A DNA stretch of 64,000 bases from positions 957,430 to 1,021,429 of the forward strand of contig NW_003314313.1 in assembly GCF_000143415.4 (NCBI RefSeq). The letters run 5' to 3'. Below are positions 10,504 to 24,900 of the stretch, piece after piece. Source of the DNA: Selaginella moellendorffii. Its lineage: Eukaryota > Plantae > Lycopodiophyta. A program made the position numbers and the translations under genes. Under the pieces are notes generated by a model. That model was given only the letters and a program-made list of their open reading frames with translations, was not told the DNA's origin and searched no databases. Each line of letters begins with the position of its first letter. Within the stretch, counting starts at the first letter, position 1.

Positions 10504-13500
10504 CTAGGCTTTATTACTATTCTCATACTCCGTGACAAGCTCACGAGCATGGGTAAGATTACTAAGAGGTTCCCAAGTTGATTCACAAGTCGGGTAACCT
10601 TTCCACTTAACTAGATATTCCTTTGTACGACCACCACGTTTCCGGCGACAAGCCAGAATGCTTTCAACTTCGTATTCAGGTTCACCGTCCACAACATCTG
10701 GTGGAGGACGAATCTCCCCTTGACGTGCATCATCCATAGTGTAAGGAGCCAATAGATTGGCATGAAATACATTATGAACATTAGACATCTCCGTAGGTAG
10801 ATCCAACCGATAGGATACATCACCAAGATGTTTTAACACCCGATAGGGTCCAACATATCTCAGCAAGAGCTTCCGAGACAAAGAACCCTTAATATTCAAG
10901 TTTCGGGAAGATAGCCACACCTGATCTCCCACTTGATAGGATACATCCCGACGATGCTGATCCTTATCACGTCGATACCTATCCTGAGCTTTGCCCATTG
11001 CCGCAGTAGCTCTAGACCAACCTTGGCGTAGCTGTTCCGCATAAGTTTCAACGGCTGGGACCAACACTTCGGTCATTGGTTTTGGGACAACGATCTATTG
11101 AGGCACCCCACGAGCATTTCCTTGCAGCATCTCCCATGGAGAACAGCCTATAGCGCTGTGAAATGTGTTGTTATAACATATTTCTGCTGTATCCAAATGC
11201 TCAACCCAGTCGCGTTGGTCCGCCGTGACATAGTACCACAGATAATCCTCAACTTGAGCATTCACACGTTCGGTCTGCCCATCAGTTTGAGGATGATAAG
11301 CTGTATTAAACTTCAACTTGGTACTGAACAACTGGAATAGTGTGCCCTAAAACTTCCCCGTAAACCTCGAATCCCTATCCGAGATCATCTCTTCAGGAAG
11401 ACCACGAACCCGCACTACTTCATGGAAAAAGAGCTTTGCTACTTGTTTCGCATTCACTGTTCCCACAGTTGGAATGAAGTGTGCAATCTTCGACAACCGA
11501 TCCACAACCACCATCAAAGTATCATAACCCTTAGATTTCGGCAAGCAAGTGACGAAATCAAGTGTCACACTCTGAAATGGCCATGCCGGTGCTAGAATGC
11601 ACTGCAACTTTCCAGCCTGCTTCTCAGTTCTACGCTTACATTGCTGGCATATAGGGCAGGAACGGACATAATCCGCTACATCACCTTCCATACCAGCCCA
11701 GAAAAATCCCTTTTTCAACGAAGCAAGAGTCTTTTGTTGTCCACCATGTCCCGCTGCTGGAACATCATGATGTTCCCGCAGAAATAACTGCTGCAGATCC
11801 TTAGAGGGAAGATACAATCTTTCTTGCTTATAGAATATAAGCCCATCCCGAACTGAGAAGTGAAGCTTCGCATTAGTGCGACTAGCAACTTTCGCTGCTT
11901 CGCTACCAGGGCTCTGCTTCAACAACCCCGCATGGCATAAGATTGCCTTCGCCAATGGATCATTTCCATATGAAGTCCGAATGTCCTCCGACCAGTCCGA
12001 ACTGATGGCTGATATTGCTCGGAACTGAGCCTGTCGACTCAATGCATCCGGAACAATATTGTCTTTACCAGGTTTATATATGATTTCGATATCATATCTA
12101 GCAAGATTCTCTTGCCAACGCCTGCTTCGGCGTAAGCTTAGGCTGCGTAGCAAAGTAACTTAGTGTTACTATTTGTATAAACCTTGGTGTGTCCACCCAA
12201 GTAGTGTCTCCAGTGTTCCATGGCCGACACTATAGCAAACATCCCTTTCTCATGCGTTGGCCATCTTCGTTGAGTTTCATCCAATTTCTTGGAGTAGAAC
12301 GCAACGGGACAACCATGTCGCCTTAGCGTAACACCAACCGCTTTGTCACAATCTTGCTGCAACACGGCACCGATAGCATAGCCAGATGCATCACAATGCA
12401 CTTCGAAAGGTTTATCAAGATCTGGGATCCTGAGAATAGGAACCGTAGTCAAGATCTCCTTCAACCGTGCAAAATCACGCTGGCAAGCTGGTGTCCAATG
12501 AAACGGAATACTACTCTTCGTCAACTCAGTCAATGGAAGAGCAATCCTTGCAAAATTGCGGACAAACTTGCGATAGTATCCCGCCAAACCGAGAAAGGAT
12601 CGAACATCTGATACAATGGTTGGAACTTCCCAGGACTTCACTGCTTCCACCTTCTTTAGATCGACTTCAATCAGGCCACCACCAACTATATGTCCGAGAA
12701 AGTTTACGCACAATTGTCCAAAAGCGCATTTACTTTCTTTAGCATACAGTTTGTGTTCGCGCAACTTCTGAAACACCAGCTCCAAGTGTTTCAAATGATC
12801 CTCCAACGTTTCACTAAAGACTAGAACATCGTCGATATATAGGACAACAAATGCATCCAAATAATCTCCGAATATTCTATCCATCATAGTGCTGAATGTT
12901 GCTGGAGCATTGCATAACCTGAACGGCATAACAAAGAACTCATAAGATCCGTACCGAGTCTTAAAGGCTGTCTTCTCCACATCTTGATCCCCCACCCGTA
13001 TCTGATGATACCTAGACCGCAAATCAAGTTGCGTAAAATACTTAGCCTTTAAGAGTTGGTCAAACAAGTCATCAATGCGAAGCAAAGGATAACTGTTTTT
13101 AACAGTGATTTTATTGAGTGCCCAATAGTCAATACACATCCTCATGGTTCCGTCCTTTTTCATAACGAAGAGGACCGGTGCTCCATAAGGTGACTTGCTT
13201 GGTCGGATATGACCTTTGTCAAGAAGCTCCGTGAGTTGCTTCTTGAGTTCAGCCATCTCTTTGATGTTCAACCAATATAGAGCTTTCGTAGGTGGTTTAG
13301 AACCCGGAATAACCTCAATCCAATGATCAACCTCACGGCTAGGAGGTAGCCCTAGCGGCAAATCCTTCGGGAAGATATCCTGATTCCTCGCCAACAACTC
13401 CAATATCTTCTTTGGTACAGGATCAACCCCGTCACCAATTCGAATTGAGTCACCAATACCCTCAGCTTCCATCACTTGAACCCAAAAGGTTTGACATCCC

Positions 13501-14162
13501 CTCTTAGCTACTTTTTGAGCGGCCCTCGTAGTCAGGAACTTTGCATCCCAATCTTTTGAGGAACGCTTTTGCAATTGAAAGGATACATCAGGATGTCCTT
13601 CTGACTTCAACGTGATACGACTTTGTCCAGCACCATAAATCCCTTTTATATACTTGTTGAAGAAATCTATACCAAACACCATCTGAAAATCTGGTATCTT
13701 CAACACTACCAAGTCCACTCTTTCTTTCCACTTGGATATCTTTATTGGAACATCACTCACAAACTTTCTGGCTACTTGCCCACCTTCCGCAAACCGGAAG
13801 TGCATAGGCGACATTTGCTCAGCATTCAATCCTAACAACTTAACTAAGTCTTCGGATATCACACTATGCGTAGCTCCCGTGTCAATCATCACTCGGATTC
13901 GGTGTCCACAGACAAAGCCTACCAGATACATCAACGGATCAGTGTTTGCATTGACTGCAAGAAAAGCTTGAGGAAAGCAACGAAAGTTACTCACCTCTTC
14001 TTCCTCATAGTCTGCATTGACCAACTCGTCAACCCCTTCAGTTTCACCACCACCGTCTTCCCTCATGACATTAACCCAAGACCTTGTCTTATGCTTGTTG
14101 GGACATTCCGAGGACCTATGTCCTGACTTTCCACAATGGAAGCAATGACCCACACTACCCAT
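10504..14162 (-). pseudogene. pol: Element A zinc knuckle-protease-RT-RNaseH-integrase-chromodomain
   Basis: [14 protein letters not shown]; [12 protein letters not shown]; YIDDVLV; [14 protein letters not shown]; HDVPAAGHGG..CPICQQCK; TAYHPQTDGQTERVN; YVGPYRV; EYEVESIL..YLVKWKGYP..STWEP. Frameshift near 12150 and stops at 11347 and 11095. Confidence 0.95.
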
Positions 14163-14189
14163 TCCGCTAGGAGCAGGTTTTGCAGGTTG

Positions 14190-15047
14190 CTACTGCTTGT
14201 ACCCACCAGGAGGAGGAACAGAGGGCCTAGGACCAGAAGAAGCTGCTGGTGGTCTCCAACCACCACCACCTTTATTCACCGTAGCTTGTGAGCCCCCAGG
14301 GCGGTACCTACTTTCCACCCTTTGTTTCCGATCACCTTTCTTATTCCCAGAATTCCTATTCTTATCTGAGTTACCAGCATAAGGTTGCTGATATTGTTCC
14401 ATGAGCGAGTGACTAAAGGCAACTTGCTGCGCTGCCTCCTTACACTCCAGGTATGTCTTCGGCTTAAACTTCAAGATCTCATTACGAGAAAGTGAACTTA
14501 AACCCTCCAAGAAATAACTCCGAGCATCTTCGTCACTCATATTTGCAATCATAATGTGCTTTTGAGCAAACGCATTAACGTAATGCATAAGGTCCCCTCG
14601 CTGCTTTAACCGCCACAACTCTGCGCGAAGTCTCAGACCAAGATCATCTAACAAGTATTCCTTACGGATACGAGACCGCATCTTGGTCCAACTTCTAGTC
14701 TGCCCTTTTTCAGTACACACCTGGCGCCACCAAGTTTTGGCATGATCGGTGAGAAAGGATTGCGCGCACACAACTTTCGTACGATCATCTACGTCTGCTG
14801 CTATGAAATAGTTTTCCATATTGTAGACCCACTCTTCCAAAACTTGATAGTCCCACATGCCTCTGAAATTGGGTGGTTTTGGAGGCTTGAACTTTAAAAC
14901 TCGTGCAACCGGGGGCGGCTGCAGAACTTCATCGTCCTTAGAACTAGAGAAGGAGTCCGGTTGCTTAGGCTTGGCTGGTTTAGCTGCCTCAGCTTCTTTC
15001 TTCCTCTTCTTGTTCTCCTTCTTCAATTTGCGAATCTCCTTTCGCAA
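14190..15047 (-). pseudogene. gag: Element A gag (capsid); further in-frame stops upstream to ~15215
   Basis: KPPNFRG..LEEWVYNMENYF..AQSFLTDHAKTWW..LRAELWRLKQRGDLMHYVNAF is a retrotransposon gag signature. A TAG at 14190 separates it, in frame, from the CCHC knuckle. Confidence 0.9.
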
Positions 15048-16849
15048 ATTCTCGATCTCGACTTCATGAGCCGTGTGCTACAGTGCTGCAGCATTTAGCT
15101 CATCCTCTTTCGACTCGGCCTCAGCCCCTTCTGCAGCATCTCTAGTAGGAGTTTCCTCCTCTTAATTCGCCCGTCTAGAGGTTTCAGCGTCATCAGCATG
15201 GTTCCTCTTCACCATCCTGCTAGCTGCATGCATGCCTCTATCAGTAACTGAACATGCGTACAACGTTGTTACCCAATGGTGCTATCCAACTAATCCTACA
15301 CAGGTCGCTTCGGATCTACTAGAAAAGTCTCTGCGTATGCAACTTGAGTCAGAAAATCCGACAAAAGTTGGGTAGAAATTGCTAAGACAATTCCTCTGAT
15401 ACCAAATGTAGCGCACCTGAATTTGGAGCCAAACTCCAAGCCCGTTGCGTTACGAAACGAGGGTCCGGTACAATCCCACGAGCACTAGCTCCCCGTATCC
15501 AGCACCTGCACGCAAAATGGTGTCAGACGGAGTCTGGCACAATTTTGGCATACCGGTGGCCTAACGCGAGGAGGAGGGTACTCCACCGACTAGAGCAGCG
15601 TGGAGCTTGGGCTTAGACCCAAGCCGGACGCAGAACAAGGAGCGACACAGCCTAGCGGGAGCCAAACTAATGTCTCAGGTGGTCGGACATGCATTCCAAC
15701 CACTATCCCTACTATACATGTGGAACCCCCCACAGCCCCCCCCCCCCCCCCCCCCCCTTGAGGGACACACGCTTTGGGCTTTCACCCCAAGCCTCCCTTA
15801 GTACCAGGAGTTAGTCTCTGAGACAAGTCCGAAACTTACTAAATATGGAATGGCCTTAGATTGCGAATTTGGACACGGGACGAACACCATTGTGTTCAGG
15901 CCGATCTCTACATTACGTAGATATGCCAAATGAGCGAATCTAGACACTTTCCATAAATAGCATATGGGACCGAAATGAGACCAACACTAAGGGCATGATA
16001 GCGAGGGTGTTTGGCAGACACGGTAAGCTATCATCAATCGAATATTGAGGGACTAGTCTCAATATCACGGGGGTTCCCAACACTAGCAAGTGCAAGTCAG
16101 CGAATGAGTTTCTCTAACCAGGTCAAGTATGCTTGACAAATAGCATGTAGGAATTCCGTCCTTATGCTCATTTGGTCAAGTGCATATGCGATGACCAGTT
16201 TCTCAACTAGCTTGAGTGGAGACCATAAAAGGGACCAGCAGTACCGACCTCCTACCGTCGTGGCAGTAAGGAAAGAGTGCCCGTAAGGACTGGCCGACAA
16301 GTATCTTTCAATACCCGAAGTCACATTCGCGACAATATTGCATGATGCTACCAATTGTAATTCCTCTCACTAGACTGATCTTGTGTACTCTCTTCCAATG
16401 GTATGCATTTGATAATCTTGCCACCCAAGCTGTATCATCACTTTCTCATTTTAATAAATGGTTTCCATTTTTTCCTTCCTTTGATCAATTTAGGCTTTAT
16501 ATACATTCCTTGTTTCATGTGTGTTTCTTATGCTTGGAATGTTGAATATATTGATGGATAGAGTGATCAATCAAATTTGTTATTATCAAGATGATATGAA
16601 TGAGGTTGTTGGAGAGATGGGGGAGAAGTTGAGTATGCTATGGTGTGGATTCATGAGCACATCAAACCCCTAATAGGATTATTTAGATACATGATTATTC
16701 TAATTTTATATAAGTTGTTACTAAATATCCAAGCATACTTTAGATATATCTATTACCATGAATTAATAAATTATAAAATAATAAATGTATTCCTCTTATC
16801 TATATAGAATAATATTTAAGCATGTTTAATGAGGTGAAAATATAACTTA

Positions 16850-19800
16850 TGTGAGGGCCAAGTGTACGACTACGATGCTGTATACTAATATTAGCATAGT
16901 GGGATTTTGGTAACCGTCGGATTGGTTTCAATCCGAACCACTCGCTCCTATATATAAGCTAGGGTTTTTGGGCTAATTAATATGCACATTTTCTATATTC
17001 CCTTTCCATATTCCAAACATTCACATTGGTGGAGGTGAGGGGCACTTTTGATTGTCCCTAGGGAGTGTTTGGATTTGGGATTTCAATTTAGATCTAGCTT
17101 TTGCATTGTCTAGATCTAGCTTTTTCCATTTCCTTTATTTTGTTCTTTTCTTTCAGGATTTTGGTTTAGATCTAGCTTTTTGCATTGTCTAGATCTACCA
17201 TTTCCTTCTAGCTTTTTGTCATTTCTCTTCTTTTGCTCTTTCTTTTTCATTCATCTCAATAGCAGATCAGCAATCTCCTTCTTTGACTCTGGAGCAGCAG
17301 TTGGTACAATTGCTTGATACTATGCGCTTGCATTGAACAACCAAACTCAGTTGATGGTAGTGTTCACGACACATGGTATAACTCCTCCTGCTCTTGGTGC
17401 CAATCCTCACGTTCAGCCGGAGTTCTTTCGTAGGAATCCTGGGGATGATGTGTACCATTGGTTCGATCATTTTATGGTGATTGCCACATATCATTCTTGG
17501 GATGATGCTCGACGGAGATTGGAGTGTTCTCCTGGAAGTTTTCAAACACGTCTTCGGACATACTGATGACTGTGATGATGCCTTTCAACAATTGCATTAT
17601 CTTTGCCAAGGGCCATTTGAGTCAGTGATGCAATTTGGAGTTCGTTTCCAAAGTCTTTTGCTTCATGCAGAGCTAAATATGTCGGAGCGGATAGCACTAG
17701 GAATGTTGTGGCTAGCACTTCATCAAGATCTTGGCGGACTTGTGCATGCACTTGCTCCTACCACCCTTGACGATGCTCTTCACTTGGCACAACGTTATGA
17801 GACGTCGCCTCTTCCACTTCTTATTGTACGTTCTTCAGCTCCACTTCCTATGAGTGATGGTCCTATTCCAATGGAGGTTGATGCTATTGCTACTCGAGTC
17901 CAAGGACAAGGGCGAGGACGTGGTCGTGGCCGTGATGTTCATTGCTGGGCGTGTGATGAAGTTGGTTATACTTATCGGCATTGTTGGCGCTTTCCGGATT
18001 GGCGACCTCCATTTCTTGGGTGGAGACCTTGGCATTAGCAACGTCCCATTGGTGCTGCTGCGGTGGAAGGTTTTGACACTGAGGTGCATCCGGGAAACGA
18101 GGAGTCGTGCAAGTAACGGAGGGACCTTGCACGAATAAGTTAGTGATCCCTCCATCTTTCTTTCGGGAGTATCATCAGGGGGTTCACTCGGCACCGGTTC
18201 ATCCAGTGTTTACTTTCCAAGCTCGTTTTTATAACAAGAGGTCTTCTATTATTCTCTCCGTGTTGGTTGATACAAGTTTGAGTTTATCTTCTATTGCTCG
18301 CCCTGTTACCACACGTTGTCATCTACACTTGCGTCATGCGGCAGATCTAGTTTTCATTCTTTATGGCAACAGCCGTACACATGCATGTGCACAACATGAG
18401 GCAGACCTGTTTGTGTGTGTGGGCGATCTCGAGCTTGAGTTGCAATCGTTGCGGGTGGTGTCGAGTCAAGCTTTTGACCTCATTCTTGGTATGGATTGGT
18501 TGCAGCACAATCATGCCAAGTGTGACTTTGAGGCTTCTCCCCCTTGTCTCATACTTCCTTATGTTTCATCCATTCCTCTCACTTTCGTACCTCTTCGTCC
18601 CTCTACTTCTACGTCTGCTTCCATTACTTTTGTTCCCCCACTATTTCCTTCTATGTTTCCATCTTGTTTTGCTCTTCCCTTTTCTGATCCCTCCGATGAT
18701 CTTTGTGTTGCAGCTATTGACCGGCTCATGAAGGAGTATTCTGATCTCTTTGAATTTGACTTATTGTCTGGGGCCAAGATTACCACACATCATCTAATTC
18801 CAACCAGGGATGCTCGTCCAATCAAGGTTCCTGTTCGTCGTCGGTCACCCAAGGAGATCCAGATTTTACGTGCAAATGTCAAGAAGATGTTGGAGAAGGG
18901 TGTTATTTGGAAGTCGCGGAGTCCTTGGGCATGTGAACCTCATCTTGTGACGAAGCCTGATGAGAGTATTCGTTTCTGCATTTGACTATCGTCCATTAAA
19001 TGAAGTGACGATCCCGGATGTGTACCCTCTTCCTCACACTACTGATCTCTTGGATTGTCTAAGGCGAAGTCGTTGGTTCACCAAGCTCGATCTTGCTTCT
19101 GGGTACTGGCAAGTACCGATGGCCGAAAAAGATATTCCTAAGACTGCTTTTCATACACTGTTTGGTTTGTACGAGTTCTTGGTGATGCCGTTTAGTTTGA
19201 ACAATGCTCCAGCAACTTTCCAGCGGATGATGGATGAGGTTCTTTGTGATATGCCAGAGGTGACTGCTGACTTCATTGATGATGTCTTGATTCACTCAGA
19301 GGGGATATGGGAGGAGCACATTCGTGATGTGTGTAAAGTGTTGGATCAGCTATGGGACATTGGTTTAAAGCTGAAGCAGTCAAAGTGTGTGTTTGGGTCC
19401 AAGGACACAACTTATCTTGTGTACCGTATTTCTTGTGAAGGTTTGCAAGTTGATCCTGACAAACTTGTAGCCGTTCTAAAGTTCCCTACTCCGAAGTGCG
19501 TGAATGATGTGCAGTGCTTCCTGGGCAAGGTGCAATATCTCGGTCATTTTGTGGATCATCTTTCTAATCGCACTGCACCATTGCGAGCGTTGCTAAAGTC
19601 ATCAATGTCATCTTTCATCTGGTCTTTAGCTTATGAGTGGGCGTTTGTGGATCTCAAAGAGCTGTTGACGACTCCTCTAGTTTTGGCATATCCTAACTAC
19701 ACTCGACCTTTTATTTTGCACGTAGATGCTTCTAATATTAGTCTTGGAGGTGTGTTGATGCAAGAAAGCCCGAATGCGCCTGATTAGCGTCATCCCATTG

Positions 19801-21780
19801 CATATATAAGTAGTACATTACAACCAGCAAAGATGAACTACTCCACGATAGAGAAGGAGTGTTTAGTGGTAGTTTGGGGTTTCGAGAAACTTCATGCATA
19901 TCTACATGGTTCTCAGACGTTACTTGAAGGTGACCATGCTGCCGTTACTTCATTATTGAAACGGAAAAACCTGGTTGGTCGTACTGCTCGGTGGGCTTTA
20001 AAGCTTCAAATATATAATTTTGATGTTGTTCATCGCTCAGGGAGTTCTATGGCTGATACTGATGCCCTTTCTCGAGCTCCTCTTCCTTCTCCACTCTCTT
20101 CTCATGTTTCTGATGAGCCTGTTGTTCTAGCATCTGTGGATTTTTTAGATGAGGATTTTATGCCATTGACGGTTGCTATACTTGACGTTCAATGTCTACA
20201 AGGCACAGAGCAAGATGTACCTTCTCTTGATGAGGTTCGCAAGGCTCAAAAGATTGAGCCGTGGATTCGAAGGCTTTGAGATGCATTTGAGAATCCTGCA
20301 TCACTTGCTAATGACTTGCCTTTTTGGCATTTACATTCTCAATATTGTCTTGAAGATGTCCTTCTTTATTTTGTGGGGATGGATCCTGATGATCATTTAC
20401 GGCTGGTGGTGCCTTCTATCTTTATTCCGCGGTTTCTCCATGCCTACCATGATTCTCCTGTTCTAGGTGGGCATATGGGACATCGTCGTGTGAGCGAGAA
20501 GCTGCGCAGGTCTTTCTATTGGCCAGAGATGCGAGGTGATATTATCCGGTATATGCGTAGCTGCATTTAATGCCAAGCTCGTAATACTCCCCCTTGTGCT
20601 GTGGAAGGACTGTTGGAGTCAATTGCAATTTCCCGTCCGTTTGAGTTGGTGGCGTTTGATCTTATGGGACCTTTTCCACGGTCGATTGCTGGCAATGAGT
20701 ATGTTATTATTGCTTCTGACTACTTGACTCGTTGGATGGAAGTTGGTGCTCTTGCTAGTGCCTCGGCAACTGCTATTGGATATTTCCTACTCAATTGAGT
20801 GGTGTTCCAGCATTCTTGTCCAGAGCAGATTCTTTTGGATAATGGTCTTGCATTTATGGCTGAGGCATTTCATGTTTTGACATCTCGGTTGGGGATACGC
20901 CACACTTTCACGAGTGCTTATCATCCACAATCAGACGGTCTGGTGGAACGGCTCGTTCGGACATTCAAAGGGATGATTGTGAAGTATGTGAACTTTCAAT
21001 ATTCGGATTGGGATGGTTATTTGCCGTCTCTTCGGTATGCCTATGTCACAGGGGTGCAGAGTTCTATTGGTGCTTCACCATATAAACTTTTATATGGTCA
21101 TGATCTAATATTACCAACAGAGTTGGGTTTACCTTCATAATTGCCACGAGCTCCCAATGCTAGATCGTGGGATCAATATTTGACGAGCATTTTTCCACTT
21201 GTCCGAGCAGAGTCTACCGAACACTTAGGCCATGTACAACAACGGTACTACAACTCCCATCATCGTCCACCTGCGGAATACAAAGTGGATGATTTGGTGT
21301 TAGTCCATTTTCCCTATCTTATGGTACGTGGTTTATCTAAGGGGCTCCTTGCACAGTGGAAAGGACCATATTGGGTGTTGCGGCAAGTTAGACCACAAGT
21401 TTATGAGGTTTGACATGACATTCAGCAAGCCGATCCTCTGGAGATTGTGCATGTGCAGCAGTTGAAACGCTTCATACAAAGGGATCAAGAGTAGTTAATA
21501 CCATCTACAGATCCACCAATGCCTCCTCTTGACGTTCCTCTAGATCCTGGCTTGTCTACAAGAGAACCCTGATGGCCTTCCATTATTCCGAGAGGAGGGG
21601 ATGATGTGAGGGCCAAGTGTACGGTTACGATGCTGTATACTAATATTAGTATAGTGGGATTTTGGTAACTGTTGGATTGGTTTCAATCCGGACCACTCGC
21701 TCTTGTATATAAGCTAGGGTTTTTGGGCTAATTGATATGCACATTTTCTATATTCCCTTTCTATATTCCAAGCACTCACA
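16850..21780 (+). mobile_element. Element B: Ty3/gypsy non-chromovirus with 176-bp LTRs, degenerate
   Basis: LTRs 16850-17025 and 21605-21780, TSD CTTA, PBS TGGTGGAGGTGAGGGG (tRNA-Ala-like), PPT AGAGGAGGGG at 21591-21600. Confidence 0.95.
17300..21490 (+). pseudogene. Element B gag-pol remnants
   Basis: PIPMEVDAI and the degenerate knuckle CWACDEVGYTYRHC; VLVDTS..DLILGMDWL protease; LDLASGYWQV..FIDDVLI RT; LHVDAS..YSTIEKECL RNase H; HDSPVLGGHMG and SAYHPQSDGLVER integrase; WKGPY. No chromodomain; many stops and frameshifts. Confidence 0.92.
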
Positions 21781-21939
21781 CTTAGAGCTTCAAGGAACTA
21801 ATCATTTGTAATTGCAACTTATTAGAGTGAGATAAGAAATAGTTAATAATCCTGGATCCCACTCTCCCAACCACTACTTTCTAGGCTTCCCACTTGCCAA
21901 GGCTCTGTATAACTATTAAAATGCTCATTTATATCTAAC

Positions 21940-24900
21940 TATAGTATATATGGTTTTTACCCTTTACCTATGGTAATTTAACCATTAGACATGTTGAACC
22001 ACTAAATGAAAGGATAGAGATAAACTCCTAAGCATACAATCAAGGAGTGAAAGAATAAAAAGATGGAGAAACTCTTGAGTATACAACCAAGGGGCAAAGC
22101 AACTAGAGCACAGGAAACAATCCTAAACCACTCAACATCCTAATGGGAACAAGAAGATGGAGTAACTCTTGAGTATACAACCAATGAGCGAAGGAACTTG
22201 AATTTGGACTTCCAAGAGGTCACTCAACTCAGTATTATTTAAACCTAATGACACTTCACTTTTAAGTATCACAAGATCTTTAACAAATTAAAAAAAAAGT
22301 ACACTTTTATTCATTAACCTTTTCCTTTTATATATGAACTTTTTTGGACCGTATCTCAAGTTGTTCTTTTTAGCTACTTATAGTTGGATATAAAAAAAAT
22401 CTAGAATGCACAATCTATAACTAGCTATTCTTGAAGTTAAAGAGGCAAGAAGCTACATCTAGCCATGAACTTAAAATAATTGACTTCTCTTGTATTGAGG
22501 CTCATAAAGTAGCATAATCTATGATAAGGAAGTCTACTGTCAACTCGTACTTATGCACTAGAGCTCAAATGTCTTAGCAAATCTCCATTAAGGTTTTGAG
22601 GACAACCTTTGAATGCTCCTTGATTTCAAAGTCTACTTATTGAGCTAGTATTGAAGAGTGGATATTCATGGCTAAGCAAGAGTCGACATGTGCCTCCACA
22701 TCAACACCTGCAATCATTGTCGAGATGATAAAGGCACCTAGATCAATAGCAACTCTGGCATTGATAATTGGAATGGGAGCTATGTTTAGGGTTGGAGAAG
22801 AAGCCACACCACCTAGAGCACACACTAAAGTCTCAAGTTGCAACCAAAATTTTGAGAATTAATGACAAAGTGCATTGACAGTCATTGTAACCAGTATTGC
22901 CAAGACTTGATCGATGATATGCTTGGGTAGCCATATGGCATCACAAAGGTCCCTTCTAATGGCATGCTTGCAAAGTTTGGAGCATATGAAAACACAATAT
23001 CTCAAGATATAAACAAGGATGCTTATATTTGCAAATAACTTCAAGAAAGGTAACTTGCAAGCAATAATAGTTGAAGGGGAAAAACTCACTAGTCTAACTC
23101 CTCAATAACAATGTGTTGCTCTCTTTGAATCTGTGTCGAAACCTTAGTTATCAACTTCCTTGCAACATAGATGGTGTTCACCGGAATTTACCACAATCAT
23201 TCACCAATGGTGCCTTAATGGCTTGCTACTAGAGTGTCTTATGGTAATCTATGGAGGATGAAGCAAAAATTGAGTTGTCTACAAATGGGTATTATGGGCC
23301 TTGATAATTTTGCAATGCATGAGGGATTTTGCTTACACTTTAGACTTGCCAACTGTAAAGAACTAACTCTTTAAGGTGTTGTAAGCTAAAGGATCCTTGA
23401 CATTATAACCAAAACGATAAAAAGATCATTGGATAAGACTGAATCCAAGGTTAAGTCCTAGATAGAGTTTAAAATTGAGTTCGAGACCGAGTTGAATATT
23501 AATAAAAGTCATGGGTGCTATAAGGGGTTCCAAAAGTATAGTAGAGTTAATAAGGCTAAGGACTTAGTCTTGAAAATAATCTTTAGTGGTGTTTCCAAAC
23601 TGAGTTAAGGTTGGGATTGAGGGTTAATAGCCTTGGGAGCATGAGCTTGAAGAGTGCTAGAGAGGCTCCTCAAAGAAATGTTCATGACTAACTCCCACTC
23701 CCAAAAGGGAAACTAACTATAATTTTCTTAACTCATATAGAGTGATGTCCCATTTGAGTACCATAAAGTTCATTAGTCCCTACCCCTTTCTAAGGGCTTG
23801 GGCTTTCCTTTCGGGATGGAGGTAGGGTGATATACTTATACCAAGCTATTAGACTATTGTGTTTCCCTTGGTATCCTGGACTAAAAAATGCACTAAAGGC
23901 TTGGGATGTAGAGAGTCCTATGAATAAGCTTTGCATACCATGGGATATTAGGAATCTTGAGGTTTGGTGTGTTTGGCTGCTTGTGCATGCATGGAGTGTA
24001 GTTGAACCTTAAGTCTAATTTAACTTAAAGATGGGGATTGGGAAAGAATTTGGGAATTTATGAAGAATTGGTTAATACTCTATTACTTGTGTAGTAAGTA
24101 GTTAAACCTAAGTACGTGTAGTGCACAACATCAACTCAAGACTCTATCCAACTCAATTGCTTTAGCCCCAAGATGTTAACATCCCTTTCGAGCCGCATCA
24201 TATAAACTATTTATTAAGGTTTAAACCAACCGAAATCAATTCCAACCCCTTAATTAGTTTGTATTGGCTTATGAAAATGGAATGGTTTTTGAGCAAAGTG
24301 ACTAACAAATCAACCATTGGAAAAGCCTAAGAAAATTTGTGGAAAAAATTCTTTTCCATCCTAGAGAAAGAATGACTCTCAGTTTAGAAATGTAAACTTT
24401 CAAAATTTAACCAACTTCTTCCTACCAACAACTTCACATAGATTCACCTCAACATTAATTTTTATGGCCCAACAACATTTTTAAACATTGAACATCTTGC
24501 CCATATTTTCGATATCCGACGTCGACATCCACAAAATGTAAAATGAACATCCAAAGCTTAATCATGAAAACCATATATTTGGATATCCATATTGCATTAA
24601 CACTCTTCTTTAATCACCTTCAAAATCCAATGTGAAGCCAAAACACTAACAAGAAAAATGACATGAAAATCAATGTTTAAGGAAAATTCCTCATCACTTA
24701 AAATAATAATACCACTTCTACTAACATAAGTGATAGCAATGTTAATGCCTCAATTACACACCTTTTCCATTCATTAATCTACTCCAAGTGCTAATGGATA
24801 AACCAATAAGCTATGGCAAGTGAATGCTATAACCCTTTTCAACACTTTAATGAAAAATCCTCAAGGAACCAACTTAAACTTAACATAATAGATTATTATT

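Larger units (their letters stand above)
8979..16334 (-). mobile_element. Element A: full-length Ty3/gypsy chromovirus, inactivated by point lesions
   Basis: LTRs 8979-9894 and 15407-16334 (TG..CA), 5-bp TSD ATATT (8974-8978 / 16335-16339), tRNA-iMet PBS TGGTATCAGAG (rc at ~15394-15404), PPT (rc of 9895-9907), gag-pol with chromodomain. Confidence 0.97.

Noticed and set aside
14184-14195. Programmed stop read-through between gag and pol (CAG TAG CAA CCT)
   Set aside because: The context misses the CARYYA consensus, the stop precedes the nucleocapsid knuckle, and the element has other transition-derived stops. A CAG>TAG mutation is simpler.
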